NCBI GenBank assembly: GCA_003971905.1
Contig: RSEE01000007.1
Location: forward strand, 62,001-126,000
DNA length: 64,000 bases
Direction of reading: 5' to 3'
Source: Moniliella sp. 'wahieum'
Lineage: Eukaryota
This document shows positions 56,055 through 64,000 of the stretch, one piece after another (positions within the stretch are counted from its first letter, which is position 1; each line of letters begins with the position of its first letter). The position numbers and the translations under genes were made by a program. Below the pieces are notes generated by a model. It saw only the letters and a list, made by a program, of their open reading frames with translations, did not search any database and was not told the origin of the DNA.

Positions 56055-57923
56055 TCACATCTCTGTCCATCCGCCCACCGTCCCGCGCTCGCCTGATACC
56101 ACAGTGAGGAGAAAGACGAGCAGGTTGGTGCCAAAACCCATGGAAAAGCCACGGTACAAGTTGCGCAGCCCACCAAGCGAGCTATACCCACTTTGCGCCA
56201 ACACCTCCTCCTTATTGGCTTTATCCTTGTCCTTGTCCTTGTCCTTGTCCTTGTCCTTATCCCTGTCCTTGTCCGACAACTTATCCGCCTTGAGCGCTGC
56301 TTTGCCCGTCAGCGGCTGCGGCGACAGCGTGGCCTCTTCGCGTACAATGTGACAGAGCGTGTCCCAGATCCCGCTGTAGGGCTCGGGACGCGTCAGCACA
56401 CACGTCCGTAGCCTCATCGGCAGACCAGGCAATACCGCTCGCCCGCGCGCAGCTCCTCATCCACCTTGTTCTTGCCTTCGGGGACTCGGGCGCGGCAGAA
56501 GCAGGAGACGGGAAGGTGTAACGGGTCTGGACCTGCAGCCGGCGCCGCGCGGTCTCGATAGGCAACGTGACCAGCAGGCCCAAGGTGGACACGAACAGTT
56601 CGGCCAGTGCGTAGCGGGCTGGCGCGGCGCCCGGCTCGGTACGAAGATATTGGTCAATGAGCAGCGGGGTAGCAAGCGCAATGAGGGGACGGAAAGTAAA
56701 ATCGAGCAAGGTAGGAAGTAACAGGTTGGGGTGGAAGTAGATCCCCCACCATCCGCCTTCTTCCTTCTTGAGTGTCATCAACGTGTCCCACGGCCACACG
56801 TATTTTCGTCCACCCCACCATCCACGCGCATGGGTGGGCACCAAGCTTTGGGCAACCAGGCGCGTACGAACAAGGTCGAGGGGCGAGATGAGGACACCGG
56901 TGATAACATGGAGAGCAAGACGGTGCTCAGAGCACGCCAAGGGCGTGGGGAGTAGGACAAGGGCAGGTCCACCCCAGAAGTGAAAAGCTCGGACGAAGGG
57001 AGCACCGTCGCCCGGGATCCAGGCACGAAGAGGGATACGACGCCGTATACGAGGGGTTGCAGTGTGGCGCTAGCCAGGTCCATTAGGAAGGTTGTGAGGG
57101 TGCCTTTGAAGAGGCCTAGGACGCCCTCTTTGCCCCGTGCCACCGCCTTGATCATCTCCCATACACCTCCCGTGGGAGTGGTGGGCATGATACTCACTTC
57201 GCTCGGGCGGTGGGAGCGGCGGCGTACACCACGCCGGCGTGCATGCACATGGTGTAGGCGCCGCACCCGCGGGCGGGATGGTGGGGGGGCAGTGGGATCA
57301 CCAAAGTACTTGCTGCTTTCGGGGGCTGAGTCGGAGGACTAGATAGGGGGTGGGGGTTAGGACTGCAGTAGCACAGGGCCACGGGAGCCAAAGGGAAAGC
57401 GACGTACGTTGGCGTCTTGATCCGAGGCGTCCGACTCGGACTCGGACTCGGACTCGGACAAGACGGCGCACTTGGGCTGTTCGGCGAGGCGGCGTGCGTG
57501 GCGGCGTTGGACGCGGGCGTAGTAGACGTCTGGGCGGGGGGTCCACTGGATCTGGAGCAGGATCTTGCCCACCTCGAAGGGCATGGCGAGGAGGGTGGAG
57601 GCATAGCGGAGCCCGCCCGTGTAGACCAGCGCCTGGCCCGTGGCGAGCAGGGAGCGGGGCGGGCCGCGGTGGGGGGGCGGGGACGGGGGCGGGCGAGCGG
57701 GAGGGCGGGAGAGGCAGACGAGTCAGGCGTAATGTAGCGGTTGCTGCCCGACGACGGGCGCGCGGACGCAGACGCCGGCGGGGGCAGATGCTGCGAGTGC
57801 TGGCGCGGTGGGCGGGGGCGGCGGCAAAGCGCACGCCCGGTGGGGCGGCGGCGGGGGGACGACGAAGGCGTCTTCGCGTGGGACGTAGTACGGCCGCAGC
57901 GGATGGGGGCTGTTGTCGGCCAT
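56055..57923 (-). CDS. UGO1: Mitochondrial fusion protein Ugo1 (modified mitochondrial-carrier family)
   Basis: MADNSPHPLRPYY, YASTLLAMPFEVGKILLQIQW, EGVLGLFKG, SPLDLVRTRLVAQ, EGGWWGIYFHPNLLLPT, LPIETARRRLQVQ, YSGIWDTLCHIVREE, GLRNLYRGF. Confidence 0.88.
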
Positions 57924-58311
57924 GCTGGCGCGTCGGCTGGCGGCAGAGCAGTGTGGATGGGGATGGTGGTGGCGGCGCCTGCGCCCCCCAGCCCGCCCTG
58001 TGGGGGATGGGGGAGCGGAACCGCGCGCGCGGAATCGCGGAATGGACAACGCACAGCTGGTGGCTGCTGTTCCGCCGCGGCTGCCATGGCCGCAGGCTTA
58101 TTGCTGCTGGGGCACGAGAGCGGCCACGGCAATTATACGCGCACGTCGGCCGCAGGCAGACGCACTCCAGGCGGGTCCATCGCCATGCGCTCCGGGCATT
58201 GGCATTGGAGGGGCTGCTCGACAGCCGACGCACCTCCATCGGCTGGCAGCGCAGATGGGATAGGAGGCAGCAACTGCTTCATATGCATATCCACATCCTG
58301 CTTGTTAATGA

Positions 58312-58402
58312 GGGCGGCTAGCTCAGTGGTAGAGCGTCTGCTTTGCATTCCTCACGTGGATTCGAATGTAGAAGGCCGGGGGTTCAAACCCCTCGCCGTC
58401 CA
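58312..58402 (+). tRNA. tRNA-Ala(TGC) with a 19-nt intron (58348-58366)
   Basis: GGGCGGC TA GCTC AGTGGTA GAGC G TCTGC TT TGC A [intron] T GTAGA AGGCC GGGGG TTCAAAC CCCTC GCCGTCC A; G3:U70 pair; TTTTT terminator just downstream. Confidence 0.95.
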
Positions 58403-58968
58403 GATTTTTGACCTAGCGCAGCGCTGGCTTGATAGACCAGTGCTTTTTACGCAGCCCCCCTTCTGGCCGCGCCTGCCAGCCCCAGGCCTTCCTCTCCTCT
58501 CCCTCCTTCCCGGCCGGGCACGTCCGTACCCGTCCAGGTGATCCGGGATTTGCAGCTGGCTCCACACTACTCCGGCCTACGCGCCGACACTAGTCCATGC
58601 CGCCTATCGGTACAGCCCGCCGCGCAATCTCTTAAACATCACGTAAGGGGGGGAGCGGCAGAAACGAGAAGAGGTGCCGCGCGGGCGGAACCAAGCGCCC
58701 AGCAGCCTCGCCTTGCGTGCGTTTAAGAGAGATCTATGGGGTTGGATGCCGACGCACCATCGTCGTCCGGATCTGGTTGTGGCGGACGACGTGGTGGAGA
58801 GGGATGGGAAGGGGCTTCTGGGCTGGAAGGGATAAGGTCGACCAAGGTCGAGGGCTGGTTGGTACGATTGCTGGACCTGTTGGGGAGACGAAGGGGGGAA
58901 GGGTAGGGATGGAGGCGGCTCGGGGCAAAGTGCGGGTTGGGTTGGGAGGGTGGCGCCGCGGTGCGCCA

Positions 58969-60705
58969 TTACCAAGAAGGCGGCGTAAGAGGGAGGGTCA
59001 ACCAAGCCTGCTGTGCTTGTTGGAAAAACTCCTGTCCGTACCGAAGACGTAACTCATCGGCCGGTTTCATCAGCTTGAACTTGAGCCCCTGCACCCCACG
59101 TTTGCGGATGCCAGCGAAAAACCCTCCTGGGATCGGGGCGCGGCAGACGGGGCAACTGCCCTTCATAGGGTCAAGATCTCGGGGCGGCGTTTCCATGCGG
59201 GGAGTGGGACCGGAACTGAACCAACGCATGGCTTCTGCCCGTTGCCGCTGACCAGCAGCAAAGCACTCATAGGTCCAACCACGGCGGGTGTGCTGGTCCA
59301 AAGTGGACCACAGCGCTGCCGAGAGGCGGTCTAGAGCGTCATATTGCACCTCGAGCGGCAACCCAGGCAGGTTCAAGTTGCTTAGTGACCCATTGACCTG
59401 AGAAACCGAACGATGGCCGAGATGACCGGGAGGGCTCGGTCGATGGGAATCGTGGGAATGCACCCAGTCAGGGTCGGTGTGCGATCGGGCGCGGCCTCAT
59501 CAAAAGTCTCAAGGGCCCGGATCAGCTCGTGCATCACCTTCAGATTTTCCGCCTGGGACGAATGTCTTCATATCCTTCCAAGGCAAACCAAAAAACCGTG
59601 TCGAGGGGCTCTGGTGCGCCCCCTTCCGACGGCAAACGCCCATTCGGATGGATGCTGAGCTCGTCCCGGATGTCCATCAAGGACTGCTCATCTGGACCCT
59701 CGGGCCTGCGCGCGCCGGCCAAAAGAGAACTGAGGGCGGGAATGGGGGCCGAGTTAACGTACCGCCGTATCCCCAAATTGGTTGATGGCAGAGTGTTATC
59801 TCAGGTGCAGCCAGTGGCCCGGCGGTGCGGCGATGTCTGGTACGGCGTCGCATCCGGGTGGCACGTCGAGGATGACACTCAAGAAATCTCGCGAGTTGTC
59901 GTCCCGGTGCGCTCGCCATCGCTGAATCACCTGCTCAAACAGAAACGCGGCTGCAGCACGTAGGGCTGGATCGATACTGCAACTGTCTGCTGTAAGAAAG
60001 AAGATCTCAGAACCTGGCTCGACATTACCGGGTTGTAAGGGATCAGTCGAATGGAGAGGCCGGTTCCACAGCACAGAGTGCGCCACCGCAATGCGGCTGG
60101 CCTCCAGGGCACCATCGTGCTGATGTTCCGTCTCTGTGCGCATCATTTTGAAGAGGCATTCGCCACAGAGCATATGTCCGCAAGGTGTGGATACGGCGTT
60201 TCGGGGCGGGTCGAGGCAAATGGGGCAGCAGTACGTGTTGGCCAAAGGGGAATAGGCTGCGCGTCCGGGGCAGTGGTGATTACCACGATGGTCGTAATGC
60301 AGTCGTGTCCACCTTGAGCATATCGTGACTGTCCGAGGTGGGGATAGGCTTGAGGCGTTTGCTGGGCGGTCGGGCCAAGGGGCCATCAGGACCGCGAGAT
60401 CGGGGGCGAGGACGGAGATGAGAGGCGTAGGCCGGGGAGCTGCTGCCAGCAATGTCGATCGGTGCCAAGGGGCGCTTGGGACTGATGGGGCGAGGAGGGG
60501 ATTCATATCTGGAGTCCGACAGCGGGTTCGACATCGCTCGAGCAGGACGAGTCGTCCGAATCGTCCAAAACAGTCGTTGCCGCTGGGGGGGGCTCCATGG
60601 GGGTGGCGAGCGGGGGCCGGGGCCGACAGAAGAGTCAGAGTCCGAATCGAGCGCGAGCGTGAGATCGGAGCCACGGAAGAGCGGGGGGGTGATGGGGCGG
60701 TCCAT
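58969..60705 (-). CDS. RING (C3HC4) E3 ligase, Slx8/Rfp (STUbL)-like, with a large insertion inside the RING
   Basis: YCCPICLDPPRNAVSTPCGHMLCGECLF at about 60160-60235 and KGSCPVCRAPI..VQGLKFKL at about 59070-59165; acidic/SIM-like N-terminus (LTLALDSDSDS, PIDI). Confidence 0.72.
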
Positions 60706-61108
60706 GGGGGGGGCGAGGGCAGTGGGGGTGGGCACAGCAGTGCGCGCGGGCTGCGCCAGGCGAAGGCAGCGGTGGCGGCCAGCCGAGATGAGGTGGCGGC
60801 GATTGATTTTTGTCACGCAACCCAACCAACGCCCAGCAGCGCCCGCACGTGACCACCGCCTCGGGCGTTGCGGGCGCAACAAACATTAAAGTTGAAGGCA
60901 GTGACGCGTGATGTTGGTGCATGATGGCACGCGCGAATTGAACGTTCAATGCGCAGCCGCCTGGCGCCAGTCGCGGCCAGGGCAAAGCAAGCGGACGCGC
61001 TGTTCGTCGCTGCCGCCGCCTCACCACCACCACCTCTTCTCCACCACCACCTCTTCCTCCACCTCCACCTCCCACCACTCCTCCACCTCCTCATCCGCCC
61101 CCTCCGCC

Positions 61109-62670
61109 ATGGCCAGCAGACCCGGCCACAAGTACGCCCAGCGTGCCCTCGAGCGCATGCGCGGATCCGGGTGAGTCTTTGCCTCTGTTGGTGCGTGCAA
61201 CGCTGACCCGCTTCCCTCCAGCACAGCCGCCACGGCCGCCAGCTCCTTTGCCAGCCAGTTCCGCTTCCAGGTCGCCCGCCGCCCCGACGGCCGCTCCCCC
61301 CGCGTGCGTGTGCCTGTGCGCCGCTCCAGCGGGGCACCGCAGGATCCCCCAATACCAGCTCTACCCCACGCGTCCGCGTCCGCATCCGTCGCTCCAGCGG
61401 CAACGCCAACCCCCAGCCTTCGCCGCATGCACCCAGTCCCGTGGATGCCCCCACGCCTCTGGCCCAACGCCCCCTCCCGCCCCTCGCCGTGCCAAAGCTC
61501 CAGCGTCTGGGCAGCGCAAGAGTGTATCCTTTTCCAGGGGGTCAGCTGCGCCCAAACGCGCCCCGCCCACCAAGAAGCCCGCCGCCAGCCCCAAGTCCAA
61601 GCCCACGCCCAAGCCCAATCCTAAGCCGAGCAGCGCCGCTTCGGCGAAAAAACGCATCTCTTCCGCCACCGACGCGCTGCGGTCCGGAACCAAAAAGGCT
61701 GTGCAAGCGATGTTGCCCTTTGGCAATGCCGACGCGTGTTTCCCGTGATGAAAGGGGAGATGCTAGCGCCTCCGCTGCACCGCCCCCCAAGCGCGGACGC
61801 CCTTCGGCCTCCGCGGCGACAAAGGGAAAGGCCGGGGGCAGACGACCTGGACGGCCACGCAAGTCGGCAGAACCAGCTCGGGAGGACTCGCGGGTCCCCA
61901 CCCGCCGCCCTTGGAACTGGACGAGCCTCCATCTGACCCACGTGAAGCGCTGCCCCTGTACGTGCGCCTCAAGCAAGCCCAAACGGAAGGTCCAGACGAG
62001 CCCCAAGCCGTCCCACGTAAACGTGGTCGCCCCCGCAAGACACCTCTAGCCGCGTCAATCAGTCAGCCAACATTACTGGAGACCCAGACGTTGCGAGGTG
62101 GGAAGGCGTTCCGAAAACGGCTGCGTGCTGCGACACGATTGCTTGCGTCCGAGTCGGAAGATGAGGAAGGCGCGATGGCTGCCGCCGAGGCCGGGCTGCG
62201 TCCTGGTCGCCGCAAGAGCATTGCCGAGCGCTTGACCGACGCCGATGTGGTTTGGGCCTTGGTCGACGGCGAGTTGAAGGAGAGTGTACGGAGTGCACCG
62301 AATAATGGCCTGGGCGTTTCGTTGCGCGCGATCCGTTCGCTGGTACGGGAACAGTTTCGCGTACTCAGTGCCAAGGCCACCCGTCGACGACAAATGATTG
62401 CTCACTTGAACGCTCACGCGCCTACCAGCGCCAGTTGCGTCAGGACGTCTTTGCCCGCCGCCGCATTGTACTCGACCTACGACGAGAGATGAGGTGCTGA
62501 AGCAACAGCGAGCAAAAAGGAAGACAAGCAAGCCAAGTACGTTGGCATTCTCCTCCATTTACCTGTAGGAAAACGTGGCTGACCTTTATTTCCTTTGACA
62601 GTCAGCCAACGAAGGCCTGGCCTACCTCCAACGGCCGCCCAGGGTTCTGTTGTTGTGGACATAACGCGAC
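61109..62670 (+). CDS. AT-hook protein, CENP-U/Ame1-like kinetochore subunit (intron 61171-61221; end approximate)
   Basis: N-terminus MASRPGHKYAQRALERMRGSG resembles fungal CENP-U starts; AT-hooks KRGRP, RPGRPRK, RKRGRPRK; C-terminal coiled coil after DADVVWALV. Confidence 0.5.
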
Positions 62671-62820
62671 TAGTGTATATGCATCTTTGCTAGTTGCTAT
62701 GGCTTCTGGAAACCAAACATGATGTTGTGGTGCGGGCACGGGGGTATCTGTAAACATCAAGATTGTGGTCGACTAGCAGTCATTCACCTTGGCAGACTTA
62801 CTCACGCCCACGGAAATGGC

Positions 62821-64000
62821 CTAACCAGGTCCCTTGTAGCCCAACCTGTCGTACCATGGCCTCCCGCTCCAACGTTTTCGCTCAAAGGCGGCAATGCTCG
62901 CCTCATATCGGAGCGTGAGACTACTGTCGTCCAAACCATTGAGAAGACAATACTTGGTAAACTCAGAGATGGAGAACGAGAAGCGCGACCCATCCTCCAG
63001 CACAACCACTTAATTTGCATTTCCAAGTCCACCGTCACCGTCTTAGCCGCCTTTTGGCATCCGCCATGACCCGGTCCACCTCTGCCTGCGGCACCACCCC
63101 CACCGCCCCCACATTGCCATTCCTTGCCAGATTGGTAGCGTGGATGTCGGCAATCGAGGGCGCAATGACAGCACGGATGCCCAAATCGAGCCAAGACCGA
63201 GCAAATGCTCGCGCGACGAGCCGCAGCCCCCATTGGACCCTGCTACCCCAAACTTGGCGTGCGACCAGGGCTCTTGGTTCAAAACAAAGTCCGGATTGGG
63301 CGCCCCTGTATCATCCTTGTTCTACCGCAACGTGTTCAACAGGCTGTGACACCCCAGCCTAAGCGAGAATCACTTTGAGGAACTTGGCTGCAGAAAAGGG
63401 ATCAAATCCGTATCCACATTCGCCTGCTCTCCATTGGCGCTGCAATATCTGAGAGAGTGGTAAACTGTTGCAGACCGCTGCCCACCGTCGCCTACTCCCT
63501 GGGCGGCACATCCTCCAAACGGTTCTCATCTGTTTGGTGGGCGAGTACGTCAACGGGAGGTTGTGGGTCCGGCTTGCAGCGCAGGTGGGGCCTGAGATGG
63601 GGAGAGGAACGCTTTAGTTGCGCGGCATTCGCAGTCTCCCCTTCAGCATGTGCCGCCGCCTTTTGCCAGCAGGAAGAGTCCGGTCATCCGTCAAACGCCC
63701 CGTCAGAGCGCCAGCAGCGACCATGGCAGGCAATACAAGAGGAGTGCGTCCTTCTGGGCCCTGACGGGCTTCTTCAAAGCTGCAGTTGGACGTAGAGGCA
63801 CGCCGCTTGCCAGCGTCCAGCTGGTCTGGATTCAATGTTCAGCCCCACTTTTGGAGCAGCCTGCCTCGCGCCAGTGAACCTCAGCCTCCTTGAACCTCTT
63901 GTCCAGATCCTCAGCCACGTGACGGCCGTGGAGCACCTGGGCCGCACGGCACAGAAATCCTCAATGTGGGAGTTGGGGCAGGACCCAATAAAGACCTTGC
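62821..64000 (-). pseudogene. LEU1: Degenerate 3-isopropylmalate dehydratase (fused LeuC/LeuD), 3' part
   Basis: Remnants [84 protein letters not shown]. Invariant residues are substituted, about 20 codons are deleted and there are many frame breaks. Confidence 0.8.

Overview
Eukaryotic, GC-rich, gene-dense fungal DNA. Short GT-AG introns with CTRAC-type branch sites, a CalA-type secreted lipase and a DUF6534-type membrane protein point to a basidiomycete, probably smut-related Ustilaginomycotina (inference). Almost every conserved gene is broken by single-base indels, which looks like an unpolished long-read assembly, so gene boundaries are approximate. Recognisable genes, left to right: DUF6534-like membrane protein (partial), SPO11, dynein light chain, tRNA-Ala(AGC), tRNA-Val(CAC, intron), RVB2 / AP-1 beta-adaptin (head-to-head), NUM1/ApsA, a bacterial-type beta-helix polysaccharide-lyase-like gene, ATG5, RPN7 / RPN6 (head-to-head), an IPT1/AUR1-family transferase, a CSC1/OSCA channel, a secreted lipase, a small C2H2 protein, SFI1, UGO1, tRNA-Ala(TGC, intron), a split-RING Slx8-like ligase, a CENP-U/Ame1-like AT-hook protein and a decayed LEU1. 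The most notable unexplained signals are: (1) a window-wide intergenic 7-bp repeat grammar, T[C/G]A plus a 4-bp palindrome; (2) a ~1 kb strongly base-paired non-coding region at 10.7-11.7 kb behind a TATA box; (3) LEU1 decay that goes well beyond assembly error; and (4) a probable bacterial gene transfer. All homology calls come from motif recognition; no searches were run.
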